Source of the DNA: Thermoanaerobaculia bacterium
GTDB taxonomy: Bacteria > Acidobacteriota > Thermoanaerobaculia > Gp7-AA8
Assembly (NCBI GenBank): GCA_034664845.1
Contig: JAXDGW010000064.1
Coordinates: forward strand, 21,632-85,631
Reading direction: 5' to 3'
DNA: 64,000 nt
Under the pieces are notes generated by a model that was given only the letters and a program-made list of their open reading frames with translations, did not search any database and was not told where the DNA came from. Below, piece by piece: positions 18,192-27,202 of this stretch. The translations under genes and the position numbers were made by a program. Position 1 is the first letter of the stretch; every line of letters begins with the position of its first letter.

Positions 18192-18635
18192 ATGGACATC
18201 GACCTGCTCCGCGCCGACATCTCTTCCCTCAAAGTCGACGCAATCATCAATCCTGCCTCGGCCAACAAGCCGGTGGCGGACTTCGGCTCCGTCCCGGTCG
18301 GCCACGCCGTCGTGACGAGCGGCGGCAACGTCCTCTGCAAGTTCGTCATCCACGCCATCGTGCCACGCCTCGGTGATGGCGACGAAGACGCAAAACTCCG
18401 CAGCGCGCTCTGGGCGGCGCTCAAACGCGCGGAAGAACTGGCAATTGCGTCTGTGGCCATGCCTCCCATGCCGCTGTCCTTTGGATTCGAGCGCCGGCAC
18501 TGCGCCCGCGTCATGGTCCAGGCCGCGCTGGACTTTCGCGCGCACGCACGCTCGTTGCAGCGCGTGATCTTCTGCGCCTTCGACGAGGTCACACACGCCG
18601 AATTGCGGCGCGCAATCGAGGAGCTTTCCGTTTGA
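18192..18635 (+). CDS. Macro domain protein (degenerate)
   Basis: ADI..LKVDAIINPA, GHAVVTSGGN...KFVIHA, SVAMP. Confidence 0.75.
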   Translation: MDIDLLRADISSLKVDAIINPASANKPVADFGSVPVGHAVVTSGGNVLCKFVIHAIVPRLGDGDEDAKLRSALWAALKRAEELAIASVAMPPMPLSFGFERRHCARVMVQAALDFRAHARSLQRVIFCAFDEVTHAELRRAIEELSV

Positions 18636-19351
18636 TTCCGGCAGGACAAATCTTCGTCATCGGCGACTCACATATCGGGCTTTCGGATGGAAGCGAAAAA
18701 CCGATTGTGGCCTGGCTCGACCGCCTCGCCGCCCTCCAGCCGCGCGCGCTCTACCTCAATGGCGATCTCTTTCACTACCTGATCGCCGATCCCAAGTTCT
18801 ACACGTCGTCCGTCGAGAAAGTCTTTCAGCGCCTGCAGCAGTTGCGCGACAGTGGAGTTCCGATTCACTACGTCGAAGGGAATCGCGACTTCTTCCTCCG
18901 AGGGTCATTTGCCGAGCGCGCGGTGACCGATGTGGGGATGGAGTTTGCGATCGAAGCCAACGACCGGAAATACCTCATCGTCCACGGAGACATGATCAAC
19001 GACCGCGACCTACCCTACCGCTTCTGGCGCTTCGCATCGAAGAATCCGATCTCGCGGCACTCCCTGAAGCTCATCCCGAAAGGCCTGGCGCGCAAGTTCG
19101 TCGACTCGGTCGAAGCGCGTCTCTCCGGCACCAACTTCAAACACAAAACGCGCCTCCCCACCGAGCGGATGGAAGCCTACGCCCGCACTCGCGCCGGCGA
19201 AGGATTCACCCACGTCGTCTTCGGCCACTTTCATCACAAGCTGGTGCTTCCCGGTGCGGCAACAGTCACGGTTTTGCCGGCGTGGTACGAGACCGGCGAA
19301 GCGATGGCGATCGATCCTACTTCCGGTTCGTTCGAGTGGGTGACAGTTTGA
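18632..19351 (+). CDS. UDP-2,3-diacylglucosamine diphosphatase-like metallophosphoesterase (LpxH-like)
   Basis: GDSH, NGDLF, GNRDF, HGD and GHFH calcineurin-like motifs. Confidence 0.8.
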   Translation: MIPAGQIFVIGDSHIGLSDGSEKPIVAWLDRLAALQPRALYLNGDLFHYLIADPKFYTSSVEKVFQRLQQLRDSGVPIHYVEGNRDFFLRGSFAERAVTDVGMEFAIEANDRKYLIVHGDMINDRDLPYRFWRFASKNPISRHSLKLIPKGLARKFVDSVEARLSGTNFKHKTRLPTERMEAYARTRAGEGFTHVVFGHFHHKLVLPGAATVTVLPAWYETGEAMAIDPTSGSFEWVTV

Positions 19352-19420
19352 AAATCGGAATGTTGAGTGTTGACGTGCTCCGAAGTTGAGATTCGACCGA
19401 TGACCTTCTGAAACCCATTT

Positions 19421-19474
19421 ACCACAGAGGCGCAGAGTGCACAGAGACCTCAGTGCACTCTGCGTCTCTGTGGT
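19421..19474. repeat. ACCACAGAGG...CTCTGTGGT palindromic element (copy 1)
   Basis: ACCACAGAGGCGCAGAGTGCAC / GTGCACTCTGCGTCTCTGTGGT arms; same family as 53555-53620. Confidence 0.8.
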
Positions 19475-19505
19475 TGAAAAAAGCAGCACGACAAGAACAC
19501 CACCT

Positions 19506-20273
19506 ATGCGCGTAACTTTCCTCGGCAGCGGCACTTCCACCGGCGTCCCCGTCGTCGGATGTTCCTGCGCTGTTTGCACCTCGGACGATCCGCGCAACAA
19601 GCGGCTGCGGCAGTCGGTGAAGATCGAGGCGAATGGAAAGCACTTTCTCATCGACACGTCGCCCGATCTGCGCCTGCAACTCCTGAAGTACCCGATCCCG
19701 CGGCTCGATTTCGTTCTCTTCACGCACTCGCATTCCGATCACCTCATGGGCCTCGACGACATCCGTCCGTTCAACTTCCGGCAGCGCGAGGCCATCCAGG
19801 CGTTCGCCAATCCAATGACAGCGGCCGCCATCCGCCGCGCCTTCGGATACATCTGGTCGGACTCGCAGATCGGCGGTGGCAAACCACAGCTCGACCTGCG
19901 CGAGATCGACGCGCCGTTCGTTCACGAAGGAATCGCCATCACGCCTCTTCCCGTCGCACACGGCGACTGGACCATCCTCGGATTTCGCATCGGCGACTTC
20001 GCCTACATCACCGACACGAATGGCATCCCTGACGCGACGATGCAGCTTCTGCAGGGCGTACAAATCCTCGCGCTGGACGGACTGCGCATCACCCCGCGGC
20101 ACCCGACGCACTTTGTGATCGACGAAGCCGTCGCAGTCGCCAAGCAGATCAACGCCAGCGAAACCTGGCTGATCCACCTGACGCACGAAGTCGATCACGC
20201 GACAGTCGAAGCGACGCTGCCGGCAGGAATCAGGCTGGCGTATGACGGGCTGGTGCTGGAGTGCGAATCTTGA
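19506..20273 (+). CDS. MBL-fold metallo-hydrolase (PhnP-like)
   Basis: LGSGTSTGVP..GC.C.VC, THSHSDH, Y.TD, HPTH, IHLTH. Confidence 0.9.
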   Translation: MRVTFLGSGTSTGVPVVGCSCAVCTSDDPRNKRLRQSVKIEANGKHFLIDTSPDLRLQLLKYPIPRLDFVLFTHSHSDHLMGLDDIRPFNFRQREAIQAFANPMTAAAIRRAFGYIWSDSQIGGGKPQLDLREIDAPFVHEGIAITPLPVAHGDWTILGFRIGDFAYITDTNGIPDATMQLLQGVQILALDGLRITPRHPTHFVIDEAVAVAKQINASETWLIHLTHEVDHATVEATLPAGIRLAYDGLVLECES

Positions 20274-21538
20274 AACCGATCGCAAAACAGAGTCGCGTCA
20301 ACGCCACAGTCACCGCGCCGCCATCCAAGTCCTACTCCGTTCGCGCGCTGCTTCTCGGCGCGATGTCGGATGGCGCGACGACAATCACCAATTGCCTCGA
20401 CGCTGACGACACGCGCTACGCCCTCGAGGCCCTTCGCACGATCGGGTTCCGCGTCGACGGCACCTTCAAGAGCGGCGTCACGATCGGTCCGCGGCTCAGC
20501 ATGTCAGCGAATGACGTCAACGTTTTCGTCGGCAACGCCGGAACCGCGATGCGCTTTCTCACCGGCTGGCTGGCGTTCACGCCGGGACGGTTCGTGCTGC
20601 AGGGCGAGTCGCGCATGCACGAGCGGCCGATCGGCGATCTCGTCGAGGTACTGCTGTCGATCGGCGCCGAGGTCGAGTATGTGGAGAAAGAGGGCTACCC
20701 GCCGCTGCGAATTCGCGGGAAGAAGATGCGCGGCGGTTTCGACGTCGCCATCGCCGCCGACACCTCGAGCCAGTTTGCGTCGTCGCTGATGATGGCGGGC
20801 GCCACGCTGCCCGACGGCTTGACGCTCCGCCTTACCTCGCTCGCCTCGGCGCCCTATCTCGACATCACCGCTTCGGTTCTCGCCGCGTTCGGCGCGGACG
20901 TGCAGCGCGACGGCAACCTCATTCGCGTTCGCGCGGCGAAACTGCATCGCGACGAATACCGCGTCGAAGGCGACTACTCCTCCGCCTCGTACTGGTTCGC
21001 GGCCGCCGCGGCGACAGGCGCGATTATGCGCGTCCGCGGCCTCGCTCATCCCTCCGCCCAGGGCGACGCGGCGTTTCTCGACATCCTTACAGCGATGGGC
21101 TGCAAGGTCGCGATCGATGCCGACGAGATTACCGTCACTGGCGCCGAGGATTTGCGCGGAGGCCGCTTCGACTGCAACGCCTGTCCCGACATCGTCCCGA
21201 CGCTTGCCGCAATTGCGCCGCTGGCGTCGTCGCCGGTCGAGATCGTGAATGTGGCCAATCTCCGGGTCAAAGAGTCCGACCGCATCGCCACCGTCACCTC
21301 GGAACTGCGGCGCCTCGGCGCCACCGTCGAAGAGCGCGCCGACTCCCTGCTCATTGAACCAGGTTGGTCATCGGAGCCCGTCACGATCGAGACCCACAAC
21401 GATCACCGCATCGCCATGGCCTTCGCGATTGCCGGGCTGGCGCGCGGCAACGTCACGATCGCGAATGAGCAGGTGGTGTCGAAGTCCTACCCACGATTCT
21501 GGAAAACGCTCGACGAAGTGATCGCGCCGGCAAGTTGA
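20261..21538 (+). CDS. aroA: 3-phosphoshikimate 1-carboxyvinyltransferase
   Basis: PPSKS, GNAGTAMRF, RMHERP, SSQFAS, EGDYSSA, NLRVKESDRI, HNDHRIAMA, KSYPRFW. Confidence 0.95.
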   Translation: MRILKPIAKQSRVNATVTAPPSKSYSVRALLLGAMSDGATTITNCLDADDTRYALEALRTIGFRVDGTFKSGVTIGPRLSMSANDVNVFVGNAGTAMRFLTGWLAFTPGRFVLQGESRMHERPIGDLVEVLLSIGAEVEYVEKEGYPPLRIRGKKMRGGFDVAIAADTSSQFASSLMMAGATLPDGLTLRLTSLASAPYLDITASVLAAFGADVQRDGNLIRVRAAKLHRDEYRVEGDYSSASYWFAAAAATGAIMRVRGLAHPSAQGDAAFLDILTAMGCKVAIDADEITVTGAEDLRGGRFDCNACPDIVPTLAAIAPLASSPVEIVNVANLRVKESDRIATVTSELRRLGATVEERADSLLIEPGWSSEPVTIETHNDHRIAMAFAIAGLARGNVTIANEQVVSKSYPRFWKTLDEVIAPAS

Positions 21539-21562
21539 CGCGCAGGAACGTGGCATTACAAT
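21535..21562 (+). promoter_or_regulatory. Sigma70-type promoter
   Basis: TTGACG-N16-TACAAT upstream of the corC-like gene. Confidence 0.6.
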
Positions 21563-21618
21563 ACCCGCCTTCTCATGGACATCGACCCATCTCGTAGCGC
21601 GTTCGCCCTTCGCGCTCG

Positions 21619-22953
21619 GTGAGTATGCCTACCTGGTACTTGCTCCTCGCCTTGCTGTTCATCATCGCGAACGGCTTTTTTGTCGCCGCCGAGTTCTCGA
21701 TCATCAAGGTGCGTCCCACGCAGCTCGCGGAGATGGCCGCCGCGGGCAGCGCGCGCGCCCGGATGACGCGGCGCATCGTCAAGAAACTCGATAGCTACCT
21801 TTCGGCGACACAACTCGGCGTCACGCTGGCGTCGCTCGCACTCGGCTGGGTTGGTGAGCCCGCGTTCGCGCAGCTCGTTCAGCCACGCCTTGCCTTTTTC
21901 GGGGTCTACAGCAACGCGGTAGCGCACACGATCGCTGCCACCATCGCATTCATCGTCATCTCGTCGCTTCACATCATCTTCGGAGAGCTCGGTCCCAAAT
22001 ACATCGCCATCGACAAGACCCTCGGCACCGCGCTCTGGTCGGCGCATCTGCTGCGCGCTTTCTACCTGCTGATGTTTCCGATCATCTGGGCGCTCAACCG
22101 CGCCTCGAACGCCGTGCTCCGGCTGATCGGCGTCAAACCGGCCAGCGGCGCGGAGATGGTGCACTCGCAGGACGAGCTGCGCCTGATTCTGGCGCACTCG
22201 GAAAAAGCCGGCATCCTCTCTGAAGAAAACCGCGAGATCATCGAAGGCGTCTTTCAATTCTCGAAGCGAACGGCGCGGCAGATCATGGTGCCGCGCACCG
22301 ACGTCTCCGTCCTCTCGACGCTGAAATCGATCGAAGAGAATCTCGAGATCATCCGCACGACGCGCCACACGCGCTATCCCCTTTGCGACGGCACACTCGA
22401 CCAGACCATCGGCCTCATTCACGTCAAAGATCTTTTCCTCGCGCAGCTCCGAGGGCCGGGACGGACGATGCTGGAGCTCAAGCGAGACGTTCTCTTCGTG
22501 CCTGAAAACTCGACGGTCGAAGCGCTCCTCTCGCAATTCATCGAGCACAAAACGCACATGGCCATCGTGCTCGACGAGTACGGCGGCGCGTCAGGAATCG
22601 TGTCGCTCGAGAACATCACCGAGGAGCTGTTCGGGCAGATTCAGGACGAGTTTGACCGGGAAAGGCCGGAGATCGAGCCGCTCGGCAACGGACGCTACCG
22701 CGTGCGCGGCGACTACCTCATCGAGGATCTCGCCGACCGGCTGAAAGTCGATGTCGGCGAGCCGGCGGAGGAAACCATCGGCGGCTTTGTCGCGGCGCGC
22801 ATCGGCCACGAGGTCGTGCCCGGCGACCGGACGCAGCTTGGGGATCTGGCCATCGAAGTGCTCGATGCCGAGCGCTTCCGCGTGCGCTGGGTAATTGTCC
22901 AGACCGAAATGCCGGAAACCGAAGAGGCGGAAGAGGGCGAGGCGCAGTCGTAA
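21619..22953 (+). CDS. Hemolysin/CorC-HlyC (CNNM-type) protein: DUF21 + CBS pair + CorC domain
   Basis: NGFFVAAEF, SATQLGVTLASL.LGW, GELGPK, MVPR, TRYP, DEYGG..GIVSLENI.EELFG.I.DEFD. Confidence 0.9.
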   Translation: MSMPTWYLLLALLFIIANGFFVAAEFSIIKVRPTQLAEMAAAGSARARMTRRIVKKLDSYLSATQLGVTLASLALGWVGEPAFAQLVQPRLAFFGVYSNAVAHTIAATIAFIVISSLHIIFGELGPKYIAIDKTLGTALWSAHLLRAFYLLMFPIIWALNRASNAVLRLIGVKPASGAEMVHSQDELRLILAHSEKAGILSEENREIIEGVFQFSKRTARQIMVPRTDVSVLSTLKSIEENLEIIRTTRHTRYPLCDGTLDQTIGLIHVKDLFLAQLRGPGRTMLELKRDVLFVPENSTVEALLSQFIEHKTHMAIVLDEYGGASGIVSLENITEELFGQIQDEFDRERPEIEPLGNGRYRVRGDYLIEDLADRLKVDVGEPAEETIGGFVAARIGHEVVPGDRTQLGDLAIEVLDAERFRVRWVIVQTEMPETEEAEEGEAQS

Positions 22954-22971
22954 CCGGCCCCGCCAGCAAGT

Positions 22972-23109
22972 TTACGAACGCTTGAAGATGCCGGACACGG
23001 TCCGCCAGGCACGCTGCAGAAGGCCTCCGCGGTCGCGCTCGTGCAGCTCGTGGTAGTGCCGGGCGTAGCGCGCTTCCTTGAGGATCTGATCCGTTTCCTG
23101 AATACGCAT
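22972..23109 (-). CDS. Unannotated 45-aa small protein
   Basis: AAGGAG Shine-Dalgarno 8 nt upstream of ATG 23109; MRIQETDQILKEARYARHYHELHERDRGGLLQRAWRTVSGIFKRS; below the ORF-track length cutoff. Confidence 0.6.
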   Translation of the reverse strand: MRIQETDQILKEARYARHYHELHERDRGGLLQRAWRTVSGIFKRS

Positions 23110-23163
23110 TTTGGGCTCTCCTTCACTACGAATAACTGCAAGGAGGGAGCCATTTCGGGGAGA

Positions 23164-23952
23164 TCAATCCTCGCGCGTCACGTGTAACGGCGGCCTCGAC
23201 TCGTCCTCATCCGTATTCGTGACCAGCGCCTGATCGTGAAACGCGCAGACGATGTCGCGAACCCGAACGGGGTCGTCGACGAGGTGGAGGCTGTCCACAT
23301 CCTCTTTCGTGATGTTGTTCGCCGCGAGCACCGACTTGCGTAGCCAGTCGAGAAGGCCACCCCAGTACTCGCTGCCGTAGAGGATCACCGGAAAGTTCGT
23401 GATCTTCTTCGTCTGGATCAGCGTCAGCGCGCCCATCAATTCGTCGAGCGTCCCGAAGCCGCCGGGAAACGCGATGAACGCCTCCGAGTACTTGATGAAC
23501 ATCGTCTTGCGCACAAAGAAGTAGCGGAAGGTCATCGCTTTGTCGACGTACTCGTTGACGTGCTGTTCGAACGGCAGCTCGATGTTGCAGCCGATCGAGA
23601 GCGCTTTCGCCAGCCGCGCTCCCTTGTTGGCCGCTTCCATGATTCCCGGGCCGCCGCCGGTGATCACCGCGAAGCCCGCTTTGCCGATGAGCTCCGCGGT
23701 CTTCACCGCTGCCGCGTAGTAGTCATTCGCGAGTTGCGTCCGCGCCGATCCGAAGATCGAGACCGCGGGATAAACCTCGGCCAGATGATCGAAGCCGGTG
23801 ACGAACTCGCTGGTGATCCGCAGCACGCGCCACGATTCACTCTGCAAGAGTTCATGCCGGCTCGGCCGGTCGAGCAACTTGCGGTCTTCGAGCGCTTCCC
23901 GCGGTTTTGGCGGGATGTGGATTTCGTGTCCTGTTGGTTGATCGACGTCCAT
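23164..23952 (-). CDS. LOG family (TIGR00730) Rossmann-fold nucleotide-binding protein
   Basis: VSIFGSART, ITGGGPGIMEAAN, FFVRK.MF, PGGFGTLDEL; a CATAAT -10 box 7 nt before ATG 23952. Confidence 0.9.
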   Translation of the reverse strand: MDVDQPTGHEIHIPPKPREALEDRKLLDRPSRHELLQSESWRVLRITSEFVTGFDHLAEVYPAVSIFGSARTQLANDYYAAAVKTAELIGKAGFAVITGGGPGIMEAANKGARLAKALSIGCNIELPFEQHVNEYVDKAMTFRYFFVRKTMFIKYSEAFIAFPGGFGTLDELMGALTLIQTKKITNFPVILYGSEYWGGLLDWLRKSVLAANNITKEDVDSLHLVDDPVRVRDIVCAFHDQALVTNTDEDESRPPLHVTRED

Positions 23953-23978
23953 TGCCGACATTATGCGGGTCGCTGCTG

Positions 23979-24452
23979 TTACGGCCGCAGCTTGATCACG
24001 GCCGTCTCGACCAGCTTGTCGCCGGGCAGATCGCGCTGCCACGCCGTGACACTGACGCTGCCCGTCTCCGACATCGTCCCGAACGATGTCCGCACGCTGT
24101 AGTGAATCGTCGAATCCTCGGCCGGCTGCAGGTTGCCCAGCGTGTAGTGATAGTTGTTGGAGCCTGGTTCGTGCGACATCGTCACGCCGCGCTCGTGTGT
24201 CTCGTCGATAACGACAAGCTGCGGCGGAACTTCGATGTCGATCAGGACGTCCTTGACGCTCCGCACTCCGCGATTGCCGATGACGATGTCGAGCTTGCCG
24301 TCCCCACGATCCGGGAGATCGATCGGATGCTGGATGTTGATCTTCAAAAGCTGACCGCGGGTCGTCACCGCCATCCCGCCAGTCTTGCAGCCGGCGAGAG
24401 CGATGGCCAAGAGAGCTGCCGCGGCCAAGGTAACGATGTGTTTCGATTTCAT
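23979..24452 (-). CDS. Lipoprotein with Ig-like (DUF11-like) domain
   Basis: Lipobox ALAGC; beta-rich I.NRG...V.DVLIDIEVP, LGNLQPAE. Confidence 0.6.
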   Translation of the reverse strand: MKSKHIVTLAAAALLAIALAGCKTGGMAVTTRGQLLKINIQHPIDLPDRGDGKLDIVIGNRGVRSVKDVLIDIEVPPQLVVIDETHERGVTMSHEPGSNNYHYTLGNLQPAEDSTIHYSVRTSFGTMSETGSVSVTAWQRDLPGDKLVETAVIKLRP

Positions 24453-24507
24453 GGACTTCTCCTTCGCTGGCAGACTCTGCAAGGAGCGGTCCTGTTGCGG
24501 TTGTCGG

Positions 24508-24621
24508 GTTGCGGGTTACGGGGTTTCGGATCTTTGACCTCCGCCCTGACAGCACTCGGGCGAGGACGCCCGAGTGCCCGCGGTCGAGACGACCGCACTC
24601 CTTGCCCCGTAACCCCGCAAC
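24508..24621. repeat. Nested palindromic element: outer GTTGCGGGTTACGGGG arms around an inner 58-bp double hairpin (24546-24603)
   Basis: Outer arms 24508-24523 and 24605-24621; the inner element matches 56355-56412 at 57/58 positions. Confidence 0.85.
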
Positions 24622-24662
24622 GCAACATCCGGCACCGCACTTGCGGTAAAAGACTCTTTCGC

Positions 24663-25607
24663 ATGGCGTACTACCTTGGCGTCGATGGAGGCGCCTCGAA
24701 AACTGCAGCTCTGGTCACGGATGAAACCGGCCGCCCGCTTGGGGACGGTGTGGCTGGGCCGTCCAACCATCTTCGCGTCGGCATCGAGACCGCCTCCCGC
24801 AACATCGAGCGGGCCGTCAACAAGGCTCTCGTCACCGCCAACGTCGCCAGCCGTGAGATTGCCTGGACCTACTGCGGCATCGCCGGTGCCGATCATCCGG
24901 CCCATCGTCAGGAAGTCGTTGACTCGCTCAGCGTCTTTTTTCCGGGCGGCAACTTCACCGTCGACAACGACGCGCGTATCGCTCTGACCGGCGCGATCGG
25001 ATTTGGTGCTGGCGTCGTCGTCATCGCCGGCACCGGATCGGTTGCGGTTGGCCGCAACGAAGCGGGAGAAGAAGCGCGCGCCGGAGGATGGGGGCCGATC
25101 GTCGGCGATGAAGGGAGTGGCTACTCGATCGCCCGAGGAGGGCTTGCGGCGGTGCTGAGGGCGTTTGACGGGCGTGGACCGGCGACTTCCATGACCGAAG
25201 TGCTGCAGCGTGATTACGAGATGGCCCCTTCCGACCTGCCGCGATTCGTTTACGCGCAGACGACTCACGCCGACGACATTGCACGCCTGAGCAAACTGGT
25301 GATCGACGCCGCGGAGCATGGCGACGCCGTCGCCGGTGACGTCGTCCGGAATGCGGGGGAAGAGTTAGCCAGGATCGTGCTCGCGGTCGCGGCGAGACTC
25401 GGACTCACATCCGCGGTGTTTCCGGTCGCGTACGTCGGCGGTGGATTCAAGGCCGGCGAGACGCTCATCGCGCCGATGCGCAGCGCGATTCTCGCGATCG
25501 CGCCGAACGCCCGCATCGTCCCTCCCGTCCACACGCCCGTCGAGGGCGCCGCCCAGATGGCCATGCGCGCGGCCACGAATCCGCGGCCGACGCGCGCTGG
25601 CGTGTGA
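24663..25607 (+). CDS. BadF/BadG/BcrA/BcrD family N-acetylglucosamine kinase-like protein
   Basis: LGVDGGASKT, GIAG, VDND..IAL.GA, VIAGTGS, GGWG..GDEGSG. Confidence 0.85.
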   Translation: MAYYLGVDGGASKTAALVTDETGRPLGDGVAGPSNHLRVGIETASRNIERAVNKALVTANVASREIAWTYCGIAGADHPAHRQEVVDSLSVFFPGGNFTVDNDARIALTGAIGFGAGVVVIAGTGSVAVGRNEAGEEARAGGWGPIVGDEGSGYSIARGGLAAVLRAFDGRGPATSMTEVLQRDYEMAPSDLPRFVYAQTTHADDIARLSKLVIDAAEHGDAVAGDVVRNAGEELARIVLAVAARLGLTSAVFPVAYVGGGFKAGETLIAPMRSAILAIAPNARIVPPVHTPVEGAAQMAMRAATNPRPTRAGV

Positions 25608-25611
25608 GCAC

Positions 25612-26271
25612 TCAGAAGCGCAGGGTCAGTCCGCCGGAGAAGATCACGGGGTTGATCTTGACGTGCAGGACCACAGGCACGATGGGCAGGACTCCCGGCG
25701 TGCCGACGGCATTGGCGGCCGCCTTCAACGGCACGTACTTGCCGTCCGCCGTGAGCGCCAGCATGCGCGAGAGTCGAAAGGAGACTCCTGCATTCAGCGC
25801 CAGGCCCGCGTCGTCCTTGACGTTGATCTGGCTGAGGGTCGGGCTCTTGAAAACGTTGGTTTTGTCGAACAGTACGTAGGCGACGCCTGCGCCGAGGTAC
25901 GGATCGATGCCGCCGTCAGGAGCGAAGTGCCATTGCACGATTCCCGTGAGTGACGTCATGCGGGTGCCGGTAGTGGGGTAGGCGTTTCCGCCGACAGCAC
26001 GCGAACGGACCGTCGTTCTCGGCCGCACTTGCACGGCGTCGAACGCCGTGGAGAGGTGGCCGCCGAAGTGGATGTTTGCGCCGAGTCCGTACCCGAGCTT
26101 GCCGTTGAATTTGACGTTGAACGATTGATTGGGCGAAGACGAGTTGAACGTGTCGCTGCTGTTGGGATCGACCCACGCAGCCCAGCCAGTCACATCGAGA
26201 ACGTGGTCAGCGGCGAGCGCTGGAACAGCGGCGAGACAAAAAAGAACGAGTGCAATGCGGAACGATTTCAT
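25612..26271 (-). CDS. OmpW family outer membrane beta-barrel protein
   Basis: Signal peptide; QWHF.P.GGIDPYLGAGVAY; terminal LTLRF; start ATG 26271. Confidence 0.8.
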   Translation of the reverse strand: MKSFRIALVLFCLAAVPALAADHVLDVTGWAAWVDPNSSDTFNSSSPNQSFNVKFNGKLGYGLGANIHFGGHLSTAFDAVQVRPRTTVRSRAVGGNAYPTTGTRMTSLTGIVQWHFAPDGGIDPYLGAGVAYVLFDKTNVFKSPTLSQINVKDDAGLALNAGVSFRLSRMLALTADGKYVPLKAAANAVGTPGVLPIVPVVLHVKINPVIFSGGLTLRF

Positions 26272-26327
26272 CGGCGTCAAACCTCCGGTGCGGAGGCGAA
26301 GCAAGATCCGTGACGGGTGGCGGTTTT

Positions 26328-26475
26328 GGTTGCCGGTGAGCTGGTTGCTGGGTTGCTGGGTTGCTGGGTTGCCAGGCTGCAGAGTTCCAGAACTGACTCT
26401 CGACGCAGCAAACCCTGTAACTCAGCAACCCTGCAACCCGGGCAGACAACCCGGCAACTCGCCAACCCGGCAACC
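26328..26475. repeat. Octamer-built inverted repeat (GGTTGCTG)n / (CAACCCGG)n
   Basis: GGTTGCTGGGTTGCTGGGTTGCTGGGTTGCC on the left; CAGCAACCCTGCAACCCGG...CAACCCGGCAACC on the right. Confidence 0.75.
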
Positions 26476-26807
26476 TAGTGATCGTACTGCTCCTCCAGCC
26501 CCAGAAACGTGCTGAGCGAGATTCCGACGACCTCTTCGAAACGCTGGGTGTAGGACTTGATCGCGCCGGATGGCTCGTCGAGAAAAATCCGCTCGACGCG
26601 AAAGAGCGGCACGAACATCGTGATCAGATCGAGGTCGAGGTCATCGTTGCGCGCGATCTGGTGAATCCAGTCCTCGTACGAATCGAGATTGATGCCTTTG
26701 ATCGTCACGCCGGCGGGGGAAAGCGCTCGCAACACTCCGAAGAATTTCTCTTTCGGATTGACGAGGTTGACGATGACCACCGAGGCTGGCGCAAATCCTT
26801 CGATCAT
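26475..26807 (-). CDS. Conserved hypothetical protein
   Basis: 110 aa, GC-typical codon use, translationally coupled to mce; no motif recognised. Confidence 0.6.
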   Translation of the reverse strand: MIEGFAPASVVIVNLVNPKEKFFGVLRALSPAGVTIKGINLDSYEDWIHQIARNDDLDLDLITMFVPLFRVERIFLDEPSGAIKSYTQRFEEVVGISLSTFLGLEEQYDH

Positions 26808-27202
26808 AGTTTTTCGCTCAGCTCGATCAGCACCCCGTTCCCCGCCGCGGGATGGAGGAAGGCCACGCGGCAACCGTGCGCTCCAGGCACCGGAACCTCG
26901 TTGATGAGCCGGTAGCCACTCTGCTTCAGGCGTGCCAGATGCGACTCGATGTCGTCGACGCGGAAACAGATGTGGTGAATCCCTTCGCCGCGCTTCTCGA
27001 TGAACTTGGCGATCGTTGATTGCGGCCCGCTCGGCTCGAGCAGCTCGATCATCGCGTCGCCCGCCGCCAGAAACGCGGTCCTCACGCCCTGCGTCTCGAC
27101 GGTCTCGATGTGTTCGACCGTCAGCCCCAGCGCTTCGTAGATCTTTGCCGCATCGAGCGACTTCACGGCGATTCCGATGTGGTCGAGCGTAGGTTTCGTC
27201 AT
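26804..27202 (-). CDS. mce: Methylmalonyl-CoA epimerase (VOC family)
   Basis: LDHIGIAVKS, IELLEP, KFIEKRGEGIHHICFRVDDI, AFLHP...NGVLIEL. Confidence 0.9.
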   Translation of the reverse strand: MTKPTLDHIGIAVKSLDAAKIYEALGLTVEHIETVETQGVRTAFLAAGDAMIELLEPSGPQSTIAKFIEKRGEGIHHICFRVDDIESHLARLKQSGYRLINEVPVPGAHGCRVAFLHPAAGNGVLIELSEKL

